A stretch of DNA of 64,000 nt from Cycas panzhihuaensis (lineage: Eukaryota; Plantae; Cycadophyta), in contig CM041465.1 in the NCBI GenBank assembly GCA_023213395.1, positions 123,573,741 through 123,637,740 on the forward strand. Direction: 5' to 3'. Positions within the stretch are counted from its first letter, which is position 1. Each line of letters begins with the position of its first letter. Below are positions 13,061-27,000 of this stretch, piece by piece. The position numbers were made by a program, and so were the translations under genes. The notes beneath the pieces are model-generated. The model did not search any database, was not told the origin of the DNA, and saw only the letters and a program-made list of their open reading frames with translations.

Positions 13061-16000
13061 CTTCAAGGACCTTCCAAGATATATAATATTTCTCTTCATT
13101 AATCAAATTATGCAAGGAGTGATCGGTAACTAATAAAATTCATGCACAGATTTTTTCATCACCTATCTCCCATTGTAGTTTGACAACAGCATCTATAGGA
13201 GTTATTGGGATGATTCCACTAAAAGTAGGTGATGTAGTTGTTATAAATACGATGGGTGTAGGTTGCAAGTGGGCTCTCTAAAGGCCTTTATACTTTACAA
13301 TATTTTTAACTCCAATGTACTATAAATCCTAATTTTCTTTACTTTTCAACATGTAGTTGATGTTTTGTTTGAATTGTGATGACATGGTGATGATGATAAA
13401 GAAGTAGAAGAGTTGAGAAAATTATGTACCACTGACATATATGGTTAGTACACCTAGAACAATAAGAATGTAGAAATAAATATCATGATACGAAGGTAAG
13501 TAATGATGAATGACAACTAAGTGTTTTCCAATAACTAAAATTGATATGAATGCTCAATGGATTACTAGTAAAGAATGAGTACAAGTGATCATATAAGAAT
13601 GTGGCCTAATATAGAGTTAGCAAAGAGTGGCGATGTGCCATACCACTAACCTCTAACTTATCTAAATGTAGGTGACATATTGATTTGATGCCTAAGGTTT
13701 CTAGTATACGATTAGGGCCTTCACATACAATACCTACACATGTGCTTGGTGATAAAATCCATGTTACAATGGAGCCCAAGTACTCTCAGTCTTCACTTAG
13801 TTCACCAATGAGTAGTGATATACCTCCTCTAAAGAGTCAAATGATACATGTGTATCCTACAAATATGATAAATATTAGACTGGGTTAATTTTAATTTTGC
13901 GTTAAGGTTTTAGTTGTCTTAGCTAATTATTAGGATAATCCCTAAAAAGAGTTGATAGGTATAGCTAACCTATCGCTCCACTAGTATTTCGGTTAAGTCT
14001 AGGCCCACCTTGAAACCCACACTTCCCTTAGGGCCTAGAATTCGGCTAACCAAGGTATCTCAACCTTGGTGAGTGTGCAAACAGTCTCAAGATGGTAGAA
14101 TAATTAATCACAATTTATTCATTTTAAATAATATACAAATGTATTTACATTCACATTGTTGTAAAATAGAAATTAAAATGAGTTGCTAATATGTTGATGT
14201 TGATACTTGCTTTTATGCCTTCTTCTTTTGTTCCTAATCAATGTGCATGCAAATAAAAAAACATGTAAAGATGTAAAGTATAAACACTAGATTTTACTCT
14301 GATCTAGATATTTTACTATTATAATGAGTTTTTTCTTCTAATTTTTAGAAAAAAAAATAGGAAAACCTTTTTTTTATATATAATTTTATTAAGAGGGGAA
14401 AAAAAGTAAAAACTTGAAAATTTTCTATTGAACTTGATTTTTGACCAAAAGAGAAAGTATTAAGAAAAGTGAGAGGAATTTGAATATACTGTCATAAACT
14501 TTTGTATAATTGTATAACTGTACGAAATGACATAAACATTTTGGCTCAAAACTTCACTCTCCCAAATGATGGATCTAACTATGGTGAATCAAAAGGTCTT
14601 GTGGAGAAACTTTTAAAAATAAGCAGAAATGACATGAAACTTGTTGAAACTCCTACGAAACTCTCTTAGGTAGAAATTGGTATTTTGAAGAATTCTCTAT
14701 GTATTATGTATCAAATTTGATGAAACTTGATTTGATAGATTTCTTGAGACCAGATCTACTAAAGCCTTCAAGAAATTTTAACATGTACTAAGTATTTTGA
14801 GAAAATTTCTCAAACAAATAATAAGAGTAGGGTATAACTGAACTTCTATATTTTGAGGTCATATAAGTTAGAATTTGAAGATGGTATAGAATACAAAAAT
14901 GCTTCTTTTCGTTGGGTGTCCCTCCCTATAAATTTACAACAAAATAGATGAATTTTATTTTTCACCTACTGTAGAGTTGAACAGTCTTTTGCTGAATAGT
15001 TTTGATTGATTTCTACCATTTACAAGTAGTTAAAACTATGCCCTATAGTTTCATGACATAGATTCCATAACTGACAATTGATTTGTAAAGAAAAATCAAT
15101 AGAATCTTCCTTGATAAACTTAAAATTAGTTATAAAAACTCATAAAATGTTAATTTTCTTTGAGAGTATGGATCCAGAAAACTTTCTTCCTCATAGTAAT
15201 TTTAATCCTCAATGCACCTACAAATGAATGGAGGATACTAGAATATGTTGCAAATAAAATACAAACTTTGCATAATAATAAAGCTCTCAAAAATTTTGAA
15301 AATAATGATTACACTCTCAAGACTTTATATTGAAGGTGAATGGGAAGAAAAATGGCTCCATGCAAACAAAATGGAGTGAATAAATCTCCTTTTGGCTAGG
15401 ATACCACATGAAGGAAGGATGGATCTAAGGATTAAGTCACTCACATACACACAATAGCAATGGAGAATGAAGAAGAGACCAGAACAAGAGATGATAGTAA
15501 AGCTTAAAGGTGAGAATGAATAATGACTCCCTCTATATGATTTCATTTTTTACTATTGAGGGTGTGCATTAGAGTTAGGTTTTTTTTTGCTTAATGACAT
15601 GAACATGAAATTACATTCAAATGCACATAAAATGCATGTCACTAAAATACTAACACTAACACTAACACTATACCCTAAGGTTACTTTATTAATCTATATA
15701 AATGACCTTGATACATTAATGTCTTTCACATCTACTAACCTAAGAGTGCTAATAATACTTATAACTTACATATGGTAAGCCTTCACAGAACTTATGATCA
15801 TATAAATAAGCCCTAAGCTTTTATCCATGGAATTTACAAACCACACAAGGTATGTCAAGACCATCTATAAGTCTTATAATCCATTAAGGGTATGCATAGT
15901 CTTTTATAAGCCCACTAATTATCAACCCAAGATATATGAATGATAAAACATATACTCAGCACTCTTATTTATGGTTCAACATGTTATAATAACTTTATTC

Positions 16001-17432
16001 CCAATCTTCCTAACATAGGGTCATAAGTTTATCATGTTATAGTTAATTAAGTAAGCATGTAAACTATATATGTATAGAAAAATAATAGCCATAAGCACAC
16101 AGTTTACCTCTAATATTTATCCATTCATTTCCTTGAAACTAGAAAATTCATAGAAACATAAGGCATAACTATCTATAGTTTTATTAATAAGCATGCATAA
16201 ACTATAAGAGAGAAAAATAACCATATTGTTTAATCCATCCCCTGAAATAGCTTATAAATAATATGGTTAGGCATAAATCTATCTATTAATAGATGTCCAT
16301 ATATGTAAAAATGTTTAAATATTTTTCAAAGCCTTTTTTATTAGAGGTTGGCCATAAACATGTATTTTTAATCCTTAAAATTTCATGGTTTTCTATTTCA
16401 AGCCATTAGTGTTTATAGATTTTAAATAAAAGGACAAATAAAACTAATTATTCTTCTCCCTTTACCTTTGAGTGGGATATCTTAGTTGAAAGGAATGGTT
16501 TACTTATTCTTGGGTAAAGAATTCTCTTCTTCATAAGACTGAGAGGATGTAGAAGGAATATTAGTTCTGGAAGAGTTGTTATTATTATTATGTTATCTTT
16601 GTTGCTATTTGTTTTATTTCTTATCATTGTTATTATCGTTATGAACGGGTTGATCCAAATTAGATTTGGATTAAATTTGAGCATGATGATAGACTTGGAA
16701 CTTTATCTTATAAAGACTCCAACATTTATCATCAAAATAAGGCTTTATTCCATTAAAAAAAAACACCACATTCTAATATAACCTTCAAGCAAAGAGATGT
16801 ATATTTTAGTGAAAATAATGGTCTAAGGAGATTCCTCTTCCTAATTTATAACATTTTGAATATTACCTCCCAATTTATAATTTAAGCCATGTAATACATA
16901 TGTAAGAGAGTTATACAACTTGTCTTGTACGATAAGTTTGAGGTCCTTAGGAGGTTTAAGATTATCAAATTTATGGTTATTAGGTTTTAAAAGAAACTTA
17001 ATGTTAGCTTGAATTTGAAAAGTCTCATATATAAGAGCCTTTGTAATGAAATCTTAGTAAGAAGTGGAGTTTGTCTTTACCACTTTGAGATAGAGTTGTG
17101 ATCTGAGAGCAATCAAGAATAATTTAGTAAAAAATATTGAGAAACAAATCTGTACAAAAAATAATATTCACAAAACAGAACAAACCACCTCAGGATTGAA
17201 TGATACCCTTAAGGTACCTCAAATTGTATTAACACCAATAAAATATCTTTACAACATACACTTCATATGATACACTATATGTGTATTTATAATACATGAT
17301 ATGATAGTGAGTGTGGGACTCACTTACATGTGGGACATGACAAATGTGCATTACTAATATTCCAACACTCCCCCTTAATGCACATTTGGGTCATTTGTAT
17401 TTGTAATGCTTTGTCCTTGGAAATGTCTTGAA

Positions 17433-17603
17433 AATGATGTCTTCAACTTAATCCTTGTCTTCAATCTTGTAGTGATGTCTTTGTTATAGAATGATGTCTT
17501 CAACTTAATTTTCGTCTTCAATTTTGTATTGAGATCTTTGTTATAGGGTGATGTATTTAACTTGATTTTTGTCTTAAATCCTATAATAATGTCTTTGTTA
17601 CAG
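17433..17603. repeat. 3 x 57-bp tandem repeat in the 3' UTR
   Basis: AATGATGTCTTCAACTTAATCCTTGTCTTCAATCTTGTAGTGATGTCTTTGTTATAG and two variants starting at 17433, 17490 and 17547. Confidence 0.9.
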
Positions 17604-17632
17604 TAGCTTTAACAAGTGCAAATATTGATTCT

Positions 17633-18420
17633 TCATCGTGGTTGGTCTAGTCTAATTTTGATGTAGATCCTGTAAGTGGCCATGTTCAAATGCAACTTGC
17701 CTGTCATCATTATCCTATATAAATTTTTTATCACCATATACAACAGTAACCTTAGAGCAGAATATTCATCAGCTCGTATACTCTTTGAAATTGAATCAAT
17801 ACTCAAATCAAGAACATCATTTAGACTTGAATTAATACAAGACTCATCTTCTATAGGACCATTAGTTTCATATTCAATTTCCCTTGAAATAATAGTATCA
17901 TTTAAATAAACCTTTATAGATTCATCACTCTTAACATCTTCAATAGTAGTTATAGTCTCATCAATACATTCAACCATAGTCTCTTTACATTCAGTAGAAA
18001 TTTCATCAGTACTCATACATTCTTCATCTTGGCATATTATTTTATCAATGTCGATAATACTCTCTTCATTTATTTTACCTATATCATAACCATTACTAAT
18101 CTCATTTATCTTTTCAATCATTTATTGTACCTCTTTAGGAGTTTGTTCAAATACATCCCTTAAAAAATCCCAAGCTTCCTTAGCAGTACTTGCATAACAA
18201 ATCTTAGGAATGATAAAATGATATGTAGAAGGAAGATCAACCTTATCTAATGTAGTAAGAATCATGATAAACACTTCTTTGTCTTTCTTCTTAAGTTTTT
18301 TCCTATCTTATTCATCCTTAGGAATATCATATCCATCAGTAACAAATTTCCACAAACCTCTAGCTATGAAAAAACATCTTATTTTAATTATAAAAAAAAA
18401 AACGTTTGCTTCATTACATT
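17633..18420 (-). pseudogene. Gag N-terminal region continuing in frame into an acidic D/E/S/I-rich tail
   Basis: IKIRCFFIARGLWKFVTDGY...IIPKICYASTAKEAWDFLRDVFEQTPKEVQ*MIEKINEISNG... A single TAA separates the gag part from the 162-aa ORF 17633-18121. Confidence 0.7.
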
Positions 18421-21400
18421 TATGTATTAGAAGAAGTGAATCCTTTAAGTAATATTTATTTGTTTCATAAACATATATGACCACGTCATTCTCCTCCATG
18501 ATTGTAAGTGTATCTCCCAACAACATGTCCCTTTTATCAATCAACAAACACATTTAACATTGGTAACTTGCCCATTAATCATGCTCAACAAACTTTCTCA
18601 TATCTCATGTCCCTCATATCACTAGCTACATCATCACATCATTACCTCATACACACCACATACATCTCACAAAGATCATACTTGCCTTATGTTGTCATTA
18701 AATCACCAATATACATCACACTTCACTTAATTTCCCAAAACATGACTCATGCCATATCATTACCGATTAATGGATAAGCCATACTCGTATAAATTATATA
18801 ATAATCTATACCACTCAACAAAGTTTGCTTTCCTACAACTTAGGTATCTTCAACAAAAATTATCCTTCTTCATCCATTTAGTCAACAAGTGAACACCACT
18901 GCCTTGAGCACTCGCCCAAAACACGTCTTCTCTCACCCTCAAACCTCTCTTATATAAATCACATGCAAGGAGGTAACATATTGCCTCATCACCCAACTTA
19001 TTCTTTCAATAAATATACTCATTTCACTTAATAAATCACATATATATAAACTTATATAATGATTTATGCTATACTAACATAGTAATAGAGTTTGTAACAT
19101 ATTGCAACTAAGTTATCTCATTCATGCTCGCCCTTCTTTTCCCTTTCTCACCCTCACTCTCCCTCAAACACATGCAATCTCGCCCTCAAACATGCCCAAT
19201 TAACTTGCCATGTAGTCTCACATGCAATAAGTACCTCATTACCTCGTATTACCATCAATCACTCAACTTGCCCATTAACTCTCTCATGGAATCACATGCT
19301 TGAGAACTTATAATCACATTATCTCACCCATTAATCATGCCTTTTCTCACCCATAAACTCTCTTACATAAACACATGCAAGACAGTACCATATCCATGCT
19401 TTATATATTGTCAACAAATCACATCCATGCAATAAACTCATGCATATATCATTGCCAAAACAAGACCCTTTTAATAAATAAAAAATGCATCATCCAATAT
19501 CCACAAATATCACCTCATTCATGTCACATTTATCTTTATAAGAGTCACACCAAAAAACTTTTGTAATGTTGGCAAACCATATAAAAATAAAGGGCATTAT
19601 ATATAAGGACACTTTATACTTTATAAACCCTTAATCAAAGTGATATCAATTTATTGAAAATGATCAAATGACAAATATATAAAGTTTGAACTTAGGGGAA
19701 CAATTGATAATATATTATCAACAGGCAACATAGCTAATCAAATCAATATGCAAACTGCAAATCTACATATTGGTGACGCAAGTATATAAACCAGGAAAAC
19801 TTTGTAATGCAACACAACATCAAACAATTAATTGATTGAACTACGTCGGATGCATGTCATATGATAACATAAAAAAATCATGGGTGATTGTGTAAGTATG
19901 TTAAACGTGAGTTTATTAAAATCAAAATGCCAATAATATAGATATTGATGGTGACTACAAATAATAAATGACAGTTGGCTATAGTATACAAATATAAAAG
20001 GTAAACAGGCAAGAAAATAAAGAAAAAAAAAATCATGGGCAACTAAATAATTAACACGCAAAAGCTAGTATTAATCATGATTGAATGAAATACATCAGAT
20101 AGGCAGTTACAAATATATAAAGGGCAATGCAAATACAAGTAGGCGACTCAATATACCAATTTCAGGCAATCAAAATATTATTTACAACATTGCAAATAAT
20201 ATATCTATGAATGACAACTATATAATCATGCAAAATATAGAATATAAAATGGGTGAAAAACATCATGTAGCTAATTTAATAATATCAACAGATATTGATA
20301 TAATCAATGCAAACTATTATCATGGCTCTTAAACTAGTGATAATATATAAATATAAATCAGGCAATACAAATTTATGTATGCACTCTGTAAAGCAAAATG
20401 AGCATAACTCCAATATTTATTGGCTGTATTAAATACTAGGGGCACTGCGATTGATCACCAGGGTTTAGGGTTTCACAAATGACTCAACCTGCAATGTTCA
20501 ATGAAGCTGGTAACAAACCACAAACTCATGAAATCATGATCTAACATTGACAAACTGGCAATGGGCTCTCGCTAAACCTCACTTTGATACGATGTTGAGA
20601 AACTAGCCTGCATAAGAAATAATATTTACAAAATAAAATAAACTACCTTAGGATCGAACGGTACTCTTAAGGTACCTCAAATTCTATTAACACCAATAAA
20701 ACATCTTTACAATAGACACTTTATATGATATACTATATGTATATTAATAATACATGATATGATAATGAGTGTGGGACCCACTTGCATGTGGGACATAACA
20801 AATGTCCATTACTAATATTCCAACAAAAAGACCATCGAAATACTCACATTTTAAAGCAAAGAGTAAATCTAAAAATTGCTTAACAACTTCATGATAAGAT
20901 TTGCCAAGGCTTGGTTTAGTAAATAAAAGGGCTTTGATACCTAAATTAAAATGTTTATATCATAATAAATAATAAACTAATAAATGAGTTATTGGAAAAT
21001 GTAAATTGAGCATGAAGATAACTAATAAAACCATTTCAGAATATTGCCAAAAAGCATGTATGCAAAAAGAAAATAAAAAAAATATTACTATCTTGTTACC
21101 ACTATGAGAATACCAAGTAGAAAACATAAACATGAGTTTGTGGATTTTCTCATTGAGCACTCTTAAAGTGAGGTAATAAAGAAATTAAAGTGCAAAAAGG
21201 TGTCATTTGCATATTTCTAGTAATACATCTATTCGTATAATCCATGTAAGACTTGTGAATACCTTGAGTGAGAAGAGTCATACTCATAATAGGATATGAA
21301 ATATTGGGCATTACTAGATCACTTTCATAAGAAAATAATCTAGGAAGAGAATTAGGTTATATAAAGGAGGATTGTGCAATGCTCATTACAAGCCAACTAG

Positions 21401-23273
21401 ATTACAAACCTTGCATAAGAGGATTCCAAACTTAATTAAATTATGAAGGTATAATGGTAGACCAAATTGATCAAATGAGTTAACATAAAGTTGAGTATAA
21501 GAAATTTGGTATGTTTGTGAACCTACATAAAGATATAAAGGTATTTGAAAACTAGGTACCCCAATGGGATTTGATGCCCCCAAAGCAATTTATGAGAAAA
21601 TATTTTATGATGGAAAATCTTGAGAAGATGGGCCTACTCTAAATAAAGTAGGACCCACTTAAGAAACTAAAATATTGAGAGATGACACTATATTTTTAAG
21701 TTGTGGGTCAACATTGAATTCATGGATTTAATAACACAAACTTCTAGTTTGAGTGTTTACACCTTGATTTAACTACAGATTTAAATTTTGGAGGGATTAG
21801 ATAAAACTAGCCATGAATTAAGTGGTAGTCTAAGGTGGGACTTGTTGAAAAGTCAATTATGGGATTTGTTAAGTGAGATCTTAGGTGAGAGATTACACAA
21901 GTCAACTAAGACCAACCTAATTTTGTGATAGAGGTGGTTGATAAATCAAAGTAAATTAAGATGCCATTTTTGTTAAAGAATTAATAAGACTTGATGAGTA
22001 TGGTAGTGAATTTGATGAATGTAAAGGAAGACTTTATATTAATAAAATAGAAGTAAAAGAAGAAACTTTAGTTCCTTAAGGCATGTAAAATTAGAGTTAA
22101 AAGGGCCTAATTATAGGAAAGAGTGGTTGTTATGGGAGACCTAGAAATATACTAACAAGAGTGTTATAACTTAGGGTATAAGTCACTAAAAATATACTAG
22201 ATACTATAAACCCAAGTGGAGTGATTTATGTATGTAAAGGTGACTCAGAGTGCTAATTAAGAGTAAACAAAATATTTAGATGATGATGAAGCTTCATCTC
22301 ATAAAGGATGTGAAGTGTGGGAAATCTCATATTTAAGAACATCCTATATAAAGACATTCTCTTTAAGAGATCTAAAGGGATGGGAGTTCTCCTCCATCAT
22401 AGTAGTAGGAAACTCAATAAAAGAATCCTAAGCCTTTAGGAAAAGTGTATTATATAAGAAACACTATTGTAAACTGATGGATGAAAATCAAGCTTGAAAT
22501 TAATAAAATAATATAAAAATAATCTCAAAAAGGGCTCATAATCATCAAAATTTATACATTAATTTAACCTTGAAAGGATAAGAAAATATACTTATATAAG
22601 TATTTTTTGTGATATCATTTGAATCAAGAATCTGTCAATTTAGTCAATTCACAAAGCATACATCATATATAAGAGAGATTCTCAAAATAGTGAAGATCAA
22701 AATTTAAGATAAGAACTACAATAGTACTTATTACTAAAATGAAGATAACTTTTGATTTTGATCTCTAATCAATATAAAACCATTTCCAATAGAAATTATA
22801 CTCAGAGACACACCTATCAATAAAAATTAAGGTTAATTAGATATTTAATGCTCATATTATGGCCATTTAAAGTTGTAATAGTAGATTTTTTATGTTATTT
22901 ATGATTGCGAACAATAGGTCAAGATTGAAACCCTTATAGTTTTTGTAATTTTGATCAAAAATTAATAGAATAACCACTTAAAATTTATGGCACAAGTCTA
23001 TTTGTTTTAAATCATAATTTTATTTTTTTTAATTTGGTAGTTTATGAGAGACTTTTGTGCATTTTATCTATGAAGAGAGTTTTTTTTTTCTCATTTATTA
23101 TTTTGATGAAAGCTAGGGCTTGACATTTTTTAGCCTGTTTAATACGAGGGTTTAATTATATGACTATTTTACAATATTTTTATAAGGGAAAAGGTCACAA
23201 AATAGAGTTTTATAAGGTGTTTATGTCATTTTTGTTAGACACCAAGGGTTTATAGGCAAAAAAAAAAGGTAAG

Positions 23274-23291
23274 TCTCTAGTATGGTCACTA
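23274..23291 (-). promoter_or_regulatory. Decayed tRNA-Arg-type PBS of the old Tat relic; its 5' LTR probably spans ~23295-28959 and hosts the LINE
   Basis: TCTCTAGTATGGTCACTA is nearly identical to TCCCCAATATGGTCACTA next to the 56149 LTR. The LTR end is only guessed, from GTTCTAGAGAACA at 28947-28959. Confidence 0.5.
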
Positions 23292-24024
23292 AAACATTTA
23301 CTAGTAGAGTGGGGTCTACTTCTCCTACTTAATATGAGACTTAAATCCAAGGTATACCTAAAGAGAAAGAGGCAACTCCCAAACTATAAGTAGCATATAT
23401 CCTATCTGTGATGGAAGTTATAAGAGTATGGTAACCAATTCTATCAAAATATAATAAGTTATATGTGACTTTTAATAAAGAAAAGTTCTTAACTCGCATT
23501 ATATACTAATATTACTTTTATTATTTTATGAAATAAATAATCAAATAGGGCACAAAAGAGACTCTTATCTAGTTTAATGTTAAAGATAAATAACTACTTG
23601 ATAATAAATACTTATTATAATTCTCATAGTTCTTTTCCTTTATCCTACTTGTAAGATAATATCAAAAGGAAACATTACTAAGTACCTATTGATCATTAGA
23701 GAAAATAATAATAAGGGAGACATGGGAGTTGCCTCAAGATTAGAGTAAGGTTATGTAAGTATACTTGACAATCATCTCAAAGCAATAAATAAAGTAAACA
23801 AGAAGATAACAAATAAATAATAATAAATAAATCAAAATAAAATAAGATAGAGAGAGATCAAACTAAACAAATTGATATTGATTCTACAATAATGCAATCC
23901 AAAGACACCTTACTTGAATATCGGCAAGTAGGGAATGGTGATGAAAAAAGGTTGTAATTATATCGTTTATCTAAGAAGTCATCACAATATGTTATCAAAA
24001 GTGAAAGTAAAGAAGGTATTTATA

Positions 24025-27000
24025 GTAGAACCAGGATAGAAGTGGATATAGTGCTTTTATAAGAAATGAAACTAGTCTAGGCTAAGGAAAAGGAGGCAAA
24101 AAATAAGATCTGGAAGAGATGTGAAATAAAGACTAAAGAGGGATCTTCAAGCTCAGGCAGGTTGGCTATCCTTTAGAACCCAAATATGTGGCAAGGGTCA
24201 GGGGTGTCTAGGAGGAGCACTTCATGACTATATGTTTGGATTGCGGAAGGAGAAATACCCTATGGTGGGTGACCAATGTTTATGCCCCAATGCCTGTAGA
24301 GGGAAGAAAAAGAGTATGGGACAGAATTGTGGAAGTCCACAAAGATTGGAAGGGCCCTTGGCTGGTAGCAGGGGACTTTAACTTGGCCTTGGTCCCAGAG
24401 GATAAGAAAGGAGGATAAGAGGGGTGGTTTAGAAGCATGTCTAGCCTCAGGGACTTTCTGCAGAGGGGTGGGCTTATGGATATCCCACTTAGGGGGTCCA
24501 GGTTTACATGGTCAAATAGGAGACTAGGGAGCAACCATATCCAGATTAAACTAGACAGAATACTGGCCAATTATGAATATATGCGCCTTCATGGTGATAT
24601 TAAGCTTGAGGCTCTCCCGAAGATGACTTCCGATCATTCTCCTCTTATGTTGGAGCTTGCATTCCTGAGTGTTCATCGCAGAGCCCCCTTTAGGTTTGAA
24701 CTTATATGGATGCAACACCCCGGCCTTAGAGATCGGATTAAGGAGTGGTGGAGTACCCCTGTGTTGGGCTATGCCATGTTCAAATTCTCGAAGAAGTTGA
24801 ATTAGATTAAAAGATAGATTAAGGTGTGGAATAAAGAGGTTTTTGGGAACATCTTTAAAGCTAAAGGAAGATTGATAGAGGAGCTAAATAGGGTGGAGTA
24901 GAGGATCCAGATAGAGGGCAGATCCGTTTCCCTAGATCAATTAGAGTGCTCAACCACTAAAGAGCTAGAAGAGGTGATGGCTAAGGAGGAACTCTATTGG
25001 AAGCAGAAATCTAGGGAGCTTTGGATAGTGGAAGGGGACATGAACACTAAGTTCTTCCATATGTCAACGATGAGGCACAGATCTTATAATAGAATAAGTA
25101 AGCTCCGTAGTAAGGAGGATACTATGCATGAGACAGAAGATCAAATTAGGAGTACAATGATGGAGTATTTTAAAGAGTTATTTATGGAACCAAGATGTCA
25201 GGATCCTGGATTACGTTCGAATTTGATGGGTTGTATCCTTAATTTGATCAATGACATTCAGAATAGAAGGTTGATGGAGTTGTTCACCTTAGAGGAAATG
25301 GAGAAAGCATTATTTAATATGGGGAGGGATAAAGCACCTAGTCTAGATGGCTTTCCTCCTAGTTTCTTCCAGGAATACTGGGACATAATCAAAAAAGATC
25401 TAAAACAGACGTTGAATAAATTCTTTAAGAAGAAAATAATTCTAAAGAAATGACAAGCGACCTTTTTGGTATTGATCCCTAAAAAGACTAGAGTGAAAGT
25501 AATGGAGGACTTTAGACCAATAAGTCTATGTAACGTTAAATATAAAATCCTAGCTAAATTATTGGCAAACCATCTTAAAGATTGCTTGCCTGCTATTATC
25601 TCCCAAAACTAGGATGGGTTTGTTAAAGGCAGACAAATTATAGATGGTATAATAATAGTCCATGAGGCGATTCACTTGGTATACCATAGAAAAGAAGCAT
25701 GTATGATAGTCAAAACTAATATGTCCAAGGCATATAATCGGGTGGCTTGGGATTGCCTCCTTGATTGTCTGAAGGCCTTTGGTTTTGGAGAGGTCTGGAG
25801 GGAATGGGTGAGATGCTACATCTCTGGGCCTTCATTCTCTGTGTTGATAAACGGTTCATCGTTCCCTTTTTTCTCTGACTCTAGGGGGTTGAGGCAAGGA
25901 GACCCCCTTTCCCCTTATCTCTTTATTATATTGGCAAAAATACTTGGGAGGGCCACTAAGGAGGCCAAGAGGATTGGATGGGTGAATTGCTTAAGGTCCT
26001 CCTCTAACCTGGATAATATCGCTCATCACCAGTTTGTTGACGATAATATCTTTTTAGGTAAGACCTCTCTTGGGGAGGCTAGGGCTCTGAAATCTAGACT
26101 CCAGGCCTATGAGCGAGCCTCTAATCAAAGTATCAATTGGAGAAGAGCTCAATCTTCTTCATCAATACCCCAGAAAGGCTTTAGAGGAGGATTATCAGAG
26201 TTTTAGAGATTCCCACTAGGCCTCTCCCATCTACCTACTTGGGAATGCCCCTTTTTGTAGGTAACATGGGTAAAGACCTTTGGAATACCATTGTGGGGAG
26301 AATTTAGAGGAGGTTGGCAGGTTGGAAAGGGGCGCTACTCAATTTGGTAAGTAAAATTCAGCTGGTAATGGCCACTCTATAGAGTATTCCAGTTTATATG
26401 ACATCAATCTTCAAGATGCCAGTCAAGATTAATTCAATCGTTGAAGGCATCTTGAAGAGATTCCTCTGGTCTGGAACCGAGGAGAAAAACATAATTCACT
26501 TGGTTTCTTGGGAGAAGATATATAGACCCAAGTGGTCCGGGGGGCTGAATGTTAGGAGAATGGAGCTCTTTAATAGGGTATTATTGGCCAAGCTGGGTTG
26601 GATATTGGTTAAGGAGGAAGGCTCTCAATGGGATAAAATCATAACCAGGAAATACCTAGGAAGTAAGCATTTCCTATTAGATGAGGTGGGACCAATTACG
26701 GGTTCCCCTATATGGAAAGGCCTCCCATCCTCGAGGCCTATTCTGAGTATTGGCCTAAGATGGAAGCTAGGAAATGGGGAAAGTATTAGATTCTGGGAGG
26801 ACAAATGGTGTGGCAACTACAAATTGAGAGATTCTCCAGCTATTGGTTACATGCAAGGGGGTTGTGAGGATATATATGGTCCTCTAGTCAAGGACTATTG
26901 GGAGGGACAAGACAAAAATAGGAAGTGGAGAACGTTTGATGAGTTACAGAACATGGAGGAGGGGATACAAAGCCTCTTGGGAAAATTACAAAATTAGTAT

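Larger units (their letters stand above)
9295..15728 (-). mobile_element. Internally deleted Copia LTR retrotransposon; LTRs 9295-9607 and 15409-15728
   Basis: Paired TGAAGG...TTTCA LTRs with perfect TSD CATCT (9290-9294 and 15729-15733). PBS GGCTAGGATACCA at 15394-15406 and PPT TTCTCCCTTAA at 9610-9620. Only RT-end and RNase H remnants are recognisable inside. Confidence 0.92.
17135..20825 (-). mobile_element. Non-autonomous Copia-type LTR element; LTRs 17135-17367 and 20593-20825 (233 bp each)
   Basis: Paired LTRs T(G/A)TTGAG...CCAACA. PBS-like CTTTGATACGA before 20593, PPT CTCCCCCTTAA at 17368-17378, TSD AAAAA/AAAAG. No pol domains recognised. Confidence 0.9.
16450..21180 (-). pseudogene. 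Very old Tat-like Gypsy gag relic, interrupted by the 17135-20825 element
   Basis: GNILKWFY*LSSCSIYIFQ*L and GIKALL (20.9-21.05 kb) and SNLDQPVHND...KGKG (16.45-16.67 kb) match GDALKWFYHLLAHSIFSFQ, GMKALL and PNLDQPVHKD...KGKG of the 53.6-54.9 kb gag. Confidence 0.7.

Noticed and set aside
17433-17603. CRISPR-like array
   Set aside because: The 57-bp units are contiguous with no unique spacers, there are no cas genes, and the context is a eukaryotic transposon.
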